Shown here piece after piece: positions 53,810 to 64,000 of a stretch of DNA of 64,000 bases (position 1 is the stretch's first letter; each line of letters opens with the position of its first letter). The DNA comes from Lingula anatina (taxonomy: Eukaryota > Animalia > Brachiopoda). The stretch lies in assembly GCA_051362555.1 (NCBI GenBank), contig CM120649.1, forward strand, positions 5,456,001-5,520,000, written 5' to 3'. The notes beneath the pieces were generated by a model. That model did not search any database, was not told the DNA's origin, and was given only the letters and a program-made list of their open reading frames with translations. The translations under genes were made by a program, and so were the position numbers.

Positions 53810-54890
53810 GCATTTTATTTATTGACTACAGATCAGCTTTTAACACAGTTGTGCCAATAAATCTATATTTGGAAATTTTAAACCATCTTGAGCTACCTGT
53901 TTTTATTTGTGACTGGATTTTAGACTTTCTTTTAGATAGAAGACAATCTGTTAAAGTCAGCTCTTTTATCTAAAAAAAAAAAAGTTTTAAATACCGGTGT
54001 ACCGCAGGGATGCGTCTTTTCACTTTGTCTTTACTTCCTTTTTACCTATGATTGTACTATTGTAAGCGACGGGACTTTTCTTATGAAATTTGCGGATGAT
54101 ACTACGCTTGTGGGGCTAGTTACTTATAATGACGAGAGTACACTTAGAGAATCTGTTGAGTCGGTGGAAAGGTGGTACGAGAGTAATGATCTTAATTTGA
54201 CCGTAGCTAAAACCAAACAAATGATAGTGAATTTTAGAAAGAATCAGAATGTTAAGGCACCACTCCCAACTGGTAACGTTGAAATAAGTAGGGTAGAGGA
54301 ATTTTATCTATTTGGTACACGCATGAACAGTAAAATTAATTGGAAAGATAATACCGCGAGGAGTGTAAAGAAGGTACGGCAAAGATTAAATTTTTAGGAT
54401 CATTGAGAACTTTTACTGATAGCGAGCCTATTTTAGTCAATTTTATAGGTGTGTAATTGAAAGCATCCTGGCGTACAGAATTATAATATGGTATAGCGGA
54501 ACAACTGGGGATGAAAAAATAAACTAACCAACGTTGTAAAAACTGCAAGCAAGGTGTATGTAATCGGGCAGGATCTGCCCATGATATTTTAACGACAGAA
54601 TGAAGAAAAGAACTGTTAACACCATGGAAGATTTTTCTCATCCTGCATCATCACTTTTTACCTTTTTACCAAGTAATAGTAGACTTTAAACTTTTAAAAG
54701 GAGTAAAAGCTTTTTAAACAGCTTTTATCCAAGTGCAGTGACGCATTTTTATTTGATCTCAAAACCCAATTCTTAATTTATCTATTGTATTACACCTATT
54801 CTGTATATTTTCAAACTTGCTCCAAAAGGAAAATGATTTCCGAATTTTATAATTCACTAAATAAACTCTTAACTTATCTTATCTTATTTT
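53810..54890 (+). mobile_element. Degenerate 5'-truncated LINE (Rex1/Babar-like RT region)
   Basis: FIDYRSAFNT, CDWILDFL..RRQSV, LNTGVPQGCV and MKFADDTTLVGL motifs with frameshifts; ends with AATAAA and (CTTAT)n. Confidence 0.85.
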
Positions 54891-56131
54891 ATCGTTATCC
54901 ACGTTACGTGTAAGGCACTTACAATTACAAAAAAATGTGATTCGTGTAAAAGAAAAAGTGAGGTACGTCTCAAAGAATAATAGTTCATATTTATAGACAT
55001 TAATTGTAGTGCAAGAGAAGGAAACAAAATAAACACGGAGAGCGACTCTTTGGCGTGTAATTCAGTTGTACAAACATGAGTCTAGATGCTGACAACCTGT
55101 CATTAAGTGATTATTTATCATATTTGAAAAGAAAATGAGGTGTCGCATTTTTTAACTTACGCAATTCAAAAACAGAACTAGTTAGCATAAGAAAGGTTGA
55201 AGTGTTAAAATCTATTTATTCATTTTTTAAAGAATCCACTTGGGACATTCACGAATAAATGTGAGCGGGATATTTGGTTAGACACACAATGCAATGTCCA
55301 GAATTATTTCTCTTCAAATTGATAAGCTGTTCAGTTCTACAGGTAGTCAGCCACAGAGCAATTGTTTCAAAAAGGGTTGGTTTCACGAAAAAACTTTAGC
55401 CCCTAAAGTGGTCTAAACTTCTTGATGAAAAATCTTGTCTATGAATTTAAAAAGAATGCATTGTAGTCCAGTGGTATATTTCTTTTGAGAAAAAACTTCA
55501 ACGTAATGAGAAGTGCCATGCATACGGACGCTAAAAAAACACTGTTATTCGAAAAGGTATAAATAGCGTGCATAGTCATGATCAGCAACCACAACGAATT
55601 TCGAAGAAAAGGTGATTACAAAACTATCAATCAATATTTGAGTTAAAAGTATCTAATTATAGCAAAAAACGGCTAACCAGAGTTGGAAGTAAATATTACC
55701 TGTATGACATTGGAGCGCACCGCTAGTCTTCAACCGACTCTCTTATCTTACATAATTAACTGTGTCTTCTGCTGCAGAACGCCGCTCTGACTGGTATGCT
55801 TAGTAATGGGACGTCACTCCCCGTAGTAATGGTGGGGGAAATAAACTTAGATTGTTCAGATTGTTTAAAGAAGGTCTAGAAGTAAGTAGTCATGTCAAAA
55901 ATCCATTTTTGTCAATTAAACATCGAAGTGCACGTGCTTAGGTGAAGTGTTGGGTGGCCCCACTTCGAATAGAAACGGGTCGATATGAAAAAACTAGCTA
56001 TTTTGAGAAAAGAACCGGTGCATTGTGTGATAAGGGGATTTTAGTTAACTATCCCTCTTTTATTGTTGAACGTGGTGAAATTAAAATAAACGTTCTAATA
56101 ACACTTTTGATTTCTTGAATGATAACAAGTA

Positions 56132-56376
56132 CACACAATGGACAATAGAAGTGTCACCCCCTGAATCAGAGTAATCAAATAATAATCAAGTAATCAATTG
56201 TCAAAGTAGGCAGATCTTGGATCTTGAGTAGTTATAATGCCTGGTCTACATTTTTTTTTTGTGTGTGTGAAATTTGATGTTAATAAAATAATACCAGGAG
56301 CATATCATTCCACAGTCATTTATCTCCCCCAAAGTATTGGTTCAGTAGGGGTGACACTTCTATTATCCATGGTGCG
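56132..56376 (+). mobile_element. Internally deleted (MITE) derivative of the Tc1 at 45099-46483
   Basis: Same TIRs and subterminal sequences, TA flanks, transposase removed. Confidence 0.85.
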
Positions 56377-57977
56377 TATTTATTTTTGATTAGTAGTGAT
56401 ATGATTAATTTAGTTGCCAAAATTTGCTGCCGATTTCTAGACGGAATTTTATTTATAAATGAAGTTTCCATGTATATACACGGTATTAAGCGATATTCAG
56501 TATCTCGTAGTTCTATATAGAAATGCCATGTTTTACTGTTCTTAATTAGTATTTCTCTTTTTATGGGTGAGACTTCAATACAATATCTTGATTACTTGTG
56601 GTTTATATCATCAGTGTCAAAATAAAAGGAGTGACTGTTGAGAGAGGTACGTGGCAGTATATAATTTTGCGTTGTAAACAGAAAAAATTGAGAAAAACGA
56701 ACAAAAGGCTGAAAATACCAAGTACCCATTAAATAATTTTCAAATAAGATTCGACGAAAAGACGGACGACTGAATCCATATAAGGCAACAGACATTAAGA
56801 TAATGATACATAATGATACTATGTTGCATGACACTTCCTGGCACGCAGTAGGTGATGGAATGCGTTTTATAAAGAAACTGAACACTGAGTAAAATAAACA
56901 ATATTCCGAGGCGGACACGTGCGTGTTACAAGCTCACAAACACAAAAATAATCATTAACCTTGACCCGTCATCTAAATGCATGGCAAACAACAACAGGTT
57001 TCGAACGTGTCAGGAGTCACGTTTTAAAGCGAGGACGAACGTGAGGAGACTTCGGCAAACACAGGTCCAAACGATAAGACTTTGTTTGAGGGCAGCTAAT
57101 ATTGAAGGCCTACAATTTTAATTAAAATACAAACAGGTGCTAAAACCGTGAGTCATGTTGAAAAAAGTGCCTTCCAAGAAAATTAGAAAATATCTATGTG
57201 GTTTTATTTAACGCGAAATCGTGAGTCACGCCTACTCTTGCAAATGACAATTGTAGGCCTAAACATCACGTACTAAACAAATAAAACTACCGTGTGTCCC
57301 TCCCTTTCGTGGATAAAACTACAATCTTAATTAAAATAATTTTAATTGAAATAACATATGTTAATTAAAGGATATCTTTAATGACTTAAGACTGTCACAA
57401 CCAGGACGTTTTTTATTATCATGCAAACAGCCATGAATGCGAGCCAAAGGATGAAGAAATGCCTTTCAAGAACACGGGGGAATACTTTGTGGTTTTATTT
57501 GACGCGCAATTGGTATTATAATTTTTATCAGAAAAAAAAAGAAAAGAACACCTGGTTAACGCGTTAGGCGAACACCTCTCTTTCGTGGGTGAAATACAAT
57601 CAAAATAAAACAGATGAAGCCTTAACGAACCATATTCGAAACAACACAAAAATTTTCCTATACGATTAAACATAGTTTTCTCGATTCATTTACATCTCGT
57701 GCTGGTACTCGTACTTTCACCCATATTTCGTCCTTTTCGCTCGTGTAAATAGCCCGACTTCTTTCCATTCGAGATCAATAGGGCCTACAGTCACTTTACA
57801 AACACGTCCTTAACAGCCTATGTACAATGAAATGATGACTAATACAGAAATGGGGAAACCGCCTGAAAAGCCAGAAGACCTGTAAGATTTTTGATATCGC
57901 AGGTCCTGGCAAGGTTGATGCGAAAATACAGTACATGATAATAAATCACATGTAAACAGATATAAAATATTTAGTTC

Positions 57978-58485
57978 GGACCAGCACTCTGCACCACACA
58001 TGGCCTTCGTGACCCGTATGTCCTGCCTGTCTCTCTTCCTGGTGATAACAAAGTCGATGAGATGCCAATGCTTTGAGCGTGGGTGCATCCATGATGTCCT
58101 GTTGCGGGTGGGGAGGCTGAAGATGGTGTTTGTGATCGGAAGGTTGTGCTCGGCACATGTCTGGAGAATCTTCAGTCCGTTGCTGTTACAGCTGCCGATC
58201 CCATGCTTCCGTACCACCCCTTCCCATGTAGTGAGGTCACTGCCGACTCTGGCGTTAAAGTCTCCGAGTATAAAGAGCTTTTCTGTGTTGGGAACTGAGT
58301 TGATGGTAGCATCAAGGTCCACATAGAACTTGTCTTTGATCTCCTCTGGGTTGGTCATGGTGGGCGCATGATACAATGGTGGGAAACTTCTTTCCTGTAC
58401 AGAAAGGGAGTCTCAAGGTCATCAGGCGATCATTTATACCTTTTGGTGGGCCAGCGAGCTTGACAACCAGTTCTGTCCTCACTGT
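57978..58485 (-). mobile_element. RTE-clade LINE endonuclease fragment
   Basis: INDRLMTLRL, APTMTN..IKDKFY, LGDFNARVG, GSCNSNG, SWMHPRSKHWHLIDFV and GAECW motifs. Confidence 0.88.
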
Positions 58486-58714
58486 TCAGGAGCGTACACA
58501 TTACATGTGGCAAAGATCAGTGGGGTACTCCTTGAATTTTATTTCCTTATTTTCTTCTTTGTATGTCGACCGCTTATTTAGGGCCCCCATAAGCTGACTA
58601 GGGTAGTGTGGAGCATGACAGGTCAAGACGACTGGAGATGGAATGTGGATCCAGTGGATGACCAGGATGTACTATGTGCCTCATTCTGGGGGGGAGGGGG
58701 GTAAAGTCATGTCA

Positions 58715-58802
58715 AAGGTAGGTTTCGAACCCAAAGATGTAACAAACCGATTCATGAATACTTACCTTACGGACTTGCACGCTAACCACTACACAGACGA
58801 GC
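58715..58802 (-). mobile_element. Possible tRNA-derived SINE head
   Basis: Minus strand has an A-box-like TGTGTAGTGGTTAG and a B-box GGTTCGAAACC, but no intact cloverleaf. Confidence 0.35.
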
Positions 58803-59499
58803 TGAAGTTGCAAACCACTAATTTTTTCTCTGATATATGGCTCACCAGAAGGATTTCATATACATTTATAATTGTATCATTTAACCTTATTATTGCGTAA
58901 GTATAGGACTTTCAAATGGCCGGACTTACATTACTGTAACAGGAATAAAAGTCCGACAGTAATACAAGTCCTACTTACCCTAATTATGAGCCAGTAACCT
59001 AAGATCGCATTCACAACGAGTTGAGCCATGGCTTTACAAATCCTGGAACTAAATATGGCGGACGTACATGAAAGAAAAAACGCCTAATCTTTTAATAGTC
59101 TCTCCGCCTCTCACACGCCTCCCCATGCGTCGTCCCTGCGGGGGTACAGTCATTAAATCTCGGCTCCATTGGGACGACACAGATTTATTTGTGAATTTTT
59201 AAAAGGCTTTAGATAAATAAATAAATACATAAATAAATGAATAAATGAATTACTTCGACCTTGCTTATGCTAACGTCGTTGTGTTTTTGAATTTCGTAGG
59301 TTTAAAAAATGCGACACCGCATCATTTTCTTTTCAAATATGATAAATAATCACTTAATGACAGCTTGTCAGCGTCGAGACACACATTTGTAGAACTAAAT
59401 TACATGCCTTGGAGTCGTTCTCCGTGTTTATTTTTGTTTCCTGCTATTTCACTACAATTAATGTCTATAAATATGACCGATTATCCTTTGAGATGTACT

Positions 59500-60846
59500 T
59501 TATTTTTTCCTTACATGAGTTACCATACGTTTGAACTGATATTGACCACTATGCGTCACAAAAGCTGATTTTTCCTTTGAATCGTCAGACAAACCTACCG
59601 TCCAAAAAGCTGTATTGATGTCCATAAGGGAAAAGTAGGTAGCTTTGGAGTCGGCAACAGAGTCAAAAATATCCTCTAAACGAGGGAGGGGGAAGCTGAT
59701 TGTTTTGGTAACGGCATTCAATTTCCGATAATCAATAGCAAATCGAAAATCACCCTGTTTCTTTTTCAATAGTACCACGGGGCTACTCCAAGGTGAAGTA
59801 GATGGTTCTATGATATCGTGCCGTAGCATTTTATCTATCTGACGATCAATCTCTGCTTTGGCTTGAGGACTGGCCCTATAAAATCGTTGCGCAATCGGAG
59901 GATGCCCATCTGTTTCAATAGTATGTTTGTAGAGGGGAACGTGACCAATTTCAGATAAATCTGAGGCAAAAATGTCTTTGTTGCTACCAATAAGACATAA
60001 CAGTTGATTCTGTTGATTTGGAGAAAGATGAGTGAGATCAAAGGGAATGCCGAGAGAGAGAGCCGCTTGCTTGTTTTGAGGGGAAGGAGGAGGAATTGGA
60101 GGGGCGGGGCTGGAAGTGAAATCAATTTGATTTACCATAGATGAATCGATACGGGACGCTTTGGCCAAAATAGTATTGCGACATATTGTGATAGCATTAG
60201 GAGTCACATTTGCCATACGGTAAAAGCAATATCGCGTTGACAAAGCATTCACTGAAGATGCGCCTAATAATGTAGAAACATTATTGGTCGGTTCCAGTAA
60301 GACAAGAGTTGACACCTGGGGCTGTAGGTGAACGCGAGAGACATGCACACGTACTAATTGTTCTGTGTGGGGCGCAATAGTGACAGTGGATGTATTGCGT
60401 GCGAGGCCCAATTGGTCAGAAACGTTAAAGGGGACTGTAATGTCGGGGTTACGCAAGATCAATTCCTGGGTGGACAAATCGAGAGTGGCTCCATGATTAT
60501 GGAGGAAATCAAGGCCCAAAATAGCAGGACGAGTGAGTTTCGGTATAACTTGAAAATTGTGAGTAAATTTTGCTTTGCCAATGTAAAATTGGAGACGTAA
60601 CACACCTAAAATGTTTTGGGATACACCACCTACGCCTATAATCGTTTTCAAATGAGAAGGCGGAGCTAACTGAGATAGTGAAATACCCATTTTATGCAAA
60701 ACGTCTTTCGATATACATGAAACAGAAGCACCCGTATCTACCAATGTATCTATTCTACAATTTCGTGCCGAAATAAAAATAGAATTTTGTTTAACAGAAT
60801 TTGACAGTCTACCGACAGCCTTTTCGTTTTTTCGTGCTTTTAACCG
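59500..60846 (-). CDS. pol: Gypsy pol (aspartic protease plus truncated reverse transcriptase)
   Basis: LVDTGAS, ILGLDFL, IEPSTSPWSSPVVL, RFAIDYRKLN and FPLPRLEDI motifs; the frame is open right up to the gag stop codon. Confidence 0.9.
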   Translation of the reverse strand, partial: RLKARKNEKAVGRLSNSVKQNSIFISARNCRIDTLVDTGASVSCISKDVLHKMGISLSQLAPPSHLKTIIGVGGVSQNILGVLRLQFYIGKAKFTHNFQVIPKLTRPAILGLDFLHNHGATLDLSTQELILRNPDITVPFNVSDQLGLARNTSTVTIAPHTEQLVRVHVSRVHLQPQVSTLVLLEPTNNVSTLLGASSVNALSTRYCFYRMANVTPNAITICRNTILAKASRIDSSMVNQIDFTSSPAPPIPPPSPQNKQAALSLGIPFDLTHLSPNQQNQLLCLIGSNKDIFASDLSEIGHVPLYKHTIETDGHPPIAQRFYRASPQAKAEIDRQIDKMLRHDIIEPSTSPWSSPVVLLKKKQGDFRFAIDYRKLNAVTKTISFPLPRLEDIFDSVADSKATYFSLMDINTAFWTVGLSDDSKEKSAFVTHSGQYQFKRMVTHVRKK

Positions 60847-62100
60847 TCATTGGCGCCTACCAGAACGGCAGACCCTAGCTAAATGACCAATTCTACCGCA
60901 ATTTCTACACGTTAATTGAGAAGCGGGGCAAAATTTACGTAAATGCGACATACCACAGCCGTTGCATCTTGGTGTCTCTTGATTCATGGCAAATTGTCTG
61001 TTTCCGCTGCGACCCAGTTGTCTACCTCCAGATCGTCCCTGGAATCGAGGGGGTGGAGGTCCATTGTTATAGCGGCGTGGTTGCTGGAATTGCCAGTGTG
61101 GAATGTACTCAGGGTACGCGTTCTGAAAATTAGAAGAGGGGGGTTGGCGCTGAAAATTGGGGTTCTGGGGATATGTCGCCGTGGGCTGCACAGGATTTAC
61201 TGTGGCCGGTGTCGGGGGAGAAGTTGACAGTTGTGAAATCTTTTCCTTGATTTCGGACAATTGCGTGCTTAGGGCCGTTAACGTGGCAGATGGCGACGAT
61301 GAAGGTTGAATGGCTGTTTCCGCCTGGCGTGCGCGTGCGATGAGTTCTTCGAAGGTATGGGGCTCATGTTGCGCTACAAACGGTCGTACTTCGGGTAGCA
61401 GACCGTGTAAAATGGCTTGAATTGCTTGTTCTTCTGGCAGTTGAACTCTAGCCGCCTCTCGTCGCATTTCTGCGATATAGTCCTGGACTGGTTGGGACGG
61501 AGATTGAGTTTTGTGGAAAAGATTGGACACTGCTACCCATTTTGCGCTTTCAGTTGGCCGAAAGCGACGGGTAAAGGCCAATTCTATTGTTGTCATGTCC
61601 CGGCGGTGCTCTTCTGGTAGTGTATCATACCAATCAAGGGCAGCCCCACGCAACAGTAGGGGGAATGCCGAACGTTGTTGTTCGTCCGACAACCCTCTGT
61701 ATGCTGCGTAATTTTTAAAATGGGCTAGCCAACGATTGTAATCTTCGTGGGTTGAGGCTGTGAATTTCTCAGGCATCAAGTGCAAATCGGCTGGCATATT
61801 ATCAGCGTGGGCAGGCGACGGGGGACGTGGGGGAATTGGTGAGTTTCTGGCGGAATCGGCGGGCGTGGAGCTCTCAGTGTCGGAGACGCTGCTGTCTAAA
61901 GGCTGAATTACGGTGGGGTCGATGATATCGTTGAGTTGCGATAACGCTGGTGAAGCTGAGCGAGAAGAAGTTGGCGAGGTATGTGCCGACGGTGGAGACG
62001 TTGGCTCTTTTACCGGGACCGATGTACGTGTCTCACCTGCCTTTTTGTGCCTGGTATTTGCTGACGGCGTCGACCAATAGTTTTCTGGCCTGGAAAACAT
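60847..62100 (-). CDS. gag: Gypsy gag (417 aa)
   Basis: Intact ORF with retrotransposon gag motifs (LRGAALDWY) and C-terminal zinc knuckles CNGCGMSH...C and CRNCGRIGHLARVC. Confidence 0.9.
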   Translation of the reverse strand: MFSRPENYWSTPSANTRHKKAGETRTSVPVKEPTSPPSAHTSPTSSRSASPALSQLNDIIDPTVIQPLDSSVSDTESSTPADSARNSPIPPRPPSPAHADNMPADLHLMPEKFTASTHEDYNRWLAHFKNYAAYRGLSDEQQRSAFPLLLRGAALDWYDTLPEEHRRDMTTIELAFTRRFRPTESAKWVAVSNLFHKTQSPSQPVQDYIAEMRREAARVQLPEEQAIQAILHGLLPEVRPFVAQHEPHTFEELIARARQAETAIQPSSSPSATLTALSTQLSEIKEKISQLSTSPPTPATVNPVQPTATYPQNPNFQRQPPSSNFQNAYPEYIPHWQFQQPRRYNNGPPPPRFQGRSGGRQLGRSGNRQFAMNQETPRCNGCGMSHLRKFCPASQLTCRNCGRIGHLARVCRSGRRQ

Positions 62101-62143
62101 GCGGGGACGTTGCTGTTGGCTCGGCTGCGGGAGAAGGAATCAA

Positions 62144-62158
62144 CCGTGTTCTCCACCA
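62144..62158 (-). promoter_or_regulatory. Primer-binding site (tRNA-Ala-like)
   Basis: TGGTGGAGAACACGG lies 3 nt after the LTR end. Confidence 0.7.
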
Positions 62159-62161
62159 CCT

Positions 62162-62528
62162 TGTAACCCCGGTTGGTTACTTAATTCTGAGCGGGTAGCA
62201 AACTTGAAAACACCGAAGACATCAATGGTATCTCATGAAGATCTTTATTTGTTGACGGGCTACAATCTGGCACGCAGGCAGGGACAGTCACGACGATCTC
62301 CCGGGGTCTCTCTCTCACTAACTGAGAAGCCCTCATTTTATAGGGAATCGTTCTAAGTCCTGCGTGCCCAATTACTATTACTAAATGTGTGTAATTTATA
62401 GGAATAATAAAGGAACTAAAGGTAACATACGTGATTAATAGGAAGTATGAGAAAACTAAATACAGGGACTATATTACATTCCATAGTAGCCCTGAACACG
62501 GATATGTTCTCCGGGTAGGAAGGTTACA
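62162..62528 (-). repeat. Gypsy 5' LTR (367 bp)
   Basis: TGTAACC...GGTTACA inverted termini, internal TATAAAA (~62336-62342) and AATAAA (~62245) on the - strand. Confidence 0.82.
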
Positions 62529-63334
62529 TAACGCTCGGACCTGGGAATGGCCTCAACTGAAATTTCCCCAGGTGTAGTGACTGTTTTTGGTGGAAGAGAT
62601 CAAAAGAGCGAAATGACTATAATGAGGCCAAAGTATTTCTACAATTTTAGAGTCGGCACCGGGTTTCCATTTTCTGTCATCTGAAAGGGGTGTATCTTCA
62701 ATTACTTAAATAAATTACTCTACTGAGATTTTTGTTTCTAATTTTGGTTTCTCTTCCGTGATTGAAAATGTGATTTAAAGGCAGAGACAAATTGTATAAC
62801 ACTACCGTGTTATATAAGTGTCTAACACATAACGTAGATAACGTTATTTGGGGTGTAACAGAAGAACTGACCAACGCCCAATACATATGACTCTTACCAT
62901 AAGATTGAAGGTACAGGGCTTACATGTGCATAAAAGGACAAGGAGATAAGTTACATAATCAGTCTATAAATTTTAAAAAGTGTAACTATCAAATCTCTCT
63001 CTCTCTCTCTTCACGGAAAGTCACTGCAACTTTTCGTTGCCTTTAACCTCAGCTCCTCCTTTTTTAATGTCCACGGACTTGCATCATTTTCCTTTTGGCA
63101 CTTGAGTGGTTTGATAGACCCCCAATTAACACGTGTAAAAGAGCAGATTATTTGCTAAATATATATTTGGCATCGGCGTCAAGAGCAAATTAACTAAAAC
63201 ATTTTTTCTAGTTTTCTCGAAATGAATTTTACACGTTTTGTATTGTGTTGTTCAAATAACCTAACGATTAGTCAGATACTTCAAAAAATACTTACGGTTT
63301 TTCTTCCTTGTTGTCATGTTCTTAAGAGCAGTGC

Positions 63335-63377
<43 letters not shown>

Positions 63378-63819
63378 AAAGTTTCTCACCTCATCAACAT
63401 ATGAAAACGCTTTTTATTTCTGCCTATGAACTTGGCAGACATTGCTCCGTCTTTTGTATGGAAAACTTGTTTGTCAAAGATCACTTTTGTGCCTTGAATT
63501 TGGTTTATTTCACCTTTTGTATCGTGTGAATACTTATTAAAATCACCCAACCATTGATCAGATACTTAAAAAAATGCTTAGGGTTTTTAACAATTTTTTC
63601 CTGGTTGTCGAAAACTTTCCCACCACATCAACATATGAAAGCGCGTGACAGTGTTTTTTCTTTGGAATCGGAAACCTGTTTGTCAAAGATCTCCCTCCAT
63701 GATGTCAGCTAAAATAAGAGGGTACGCCCAGCTCGAAGCAGACGGCGAACTCGATCGGTCGGAAAAAGTAAAGCCTTGAGTGCTGCTCTCTGATACAACA
63801 ATTTTGACATACTTTCAAG

Positions 63820-63906
63820 ATGCTGCCAACTGTCAGTGAAAAGTCTGCCGAGCCAGGAGTGACTGTCATCACAGACGGTGGGTCCTCTGGACGTGACGGC
63901 GCTGAG
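63820..63906 (+). CDS. BRICHOS precursor G8, exon 1 only (remainder would lie beyond the window)
   Basis: [29 protein letters not shown] followed by a GT donor; differs from G7 exon 1 by one residue; flanks are an inverted copy of the G7 promoter region. Confidence 0.85.
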
Positions 63907-64000
63907 GTAAATGCGTCTACTTTGAAGATGTTTAGGCTAGGAATTTTTTCTCTAACTTGGGTCATTCCACAAACAAGTGAACAGTTGAGTCGCGTCAGTC

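Larger units (their letters stand above)
59524..62528 (-). mobile_element. 3'-truncated Ty3/Gypsy LTR retrotransposon
   Basis: 5' LTR, primer-binding site, gag, protease and RT N-half are present. It breaks at YQFKRM, before the expected PFGL; no RNase H, integrase or 3' LTR. Confidence 0.93.

Overview
AT-rich, intron-containing eukaryotic DNA, probably from an invertebrate; the taxon cannot be fixed from the sequence. The window is dominated by a tandem array of six-exon BRICHOS-domain precursor genes that the ORF track largely misses. I assembled them by hand from GT-AG splice sites. There are six intact minus-strand copies (G1-G5, G7), one 5'-deleted pseudogene (G6), two orphan last-exon relics, and the first exon of an inverted plus-strand copy (G8) at the window edge. 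Each precursor (255-269 aa) has a short cytosolic N-terminus, a Val/Ala-rich type II membrane anchor, a BRICHOS domain and an RQKR furin site. The last exon encodes a hypervariable, acid-free, Arg/Tyr/Cys-rich peptide of 35-46 aa with 2, 6 or 10 Cys in nested, hairpin-compatible spacing. This resembles an expanded, long-hairpin version of the polychaete arenicin/alvinellacin/capitellacin-type BRICHOS antimicrobial peptide system; function is inferred, not shown. A three-exon secreted 10-Cys prokineticin/astakine-like gene lies within the array. Also present are tRNA-Glu(TTC), Tc1 elements, MITEs, LINE fragments, a solo LTR and a 3'-truncated Gypsy element whose gag and pol are separated only by an in-frame UGA-CGG.
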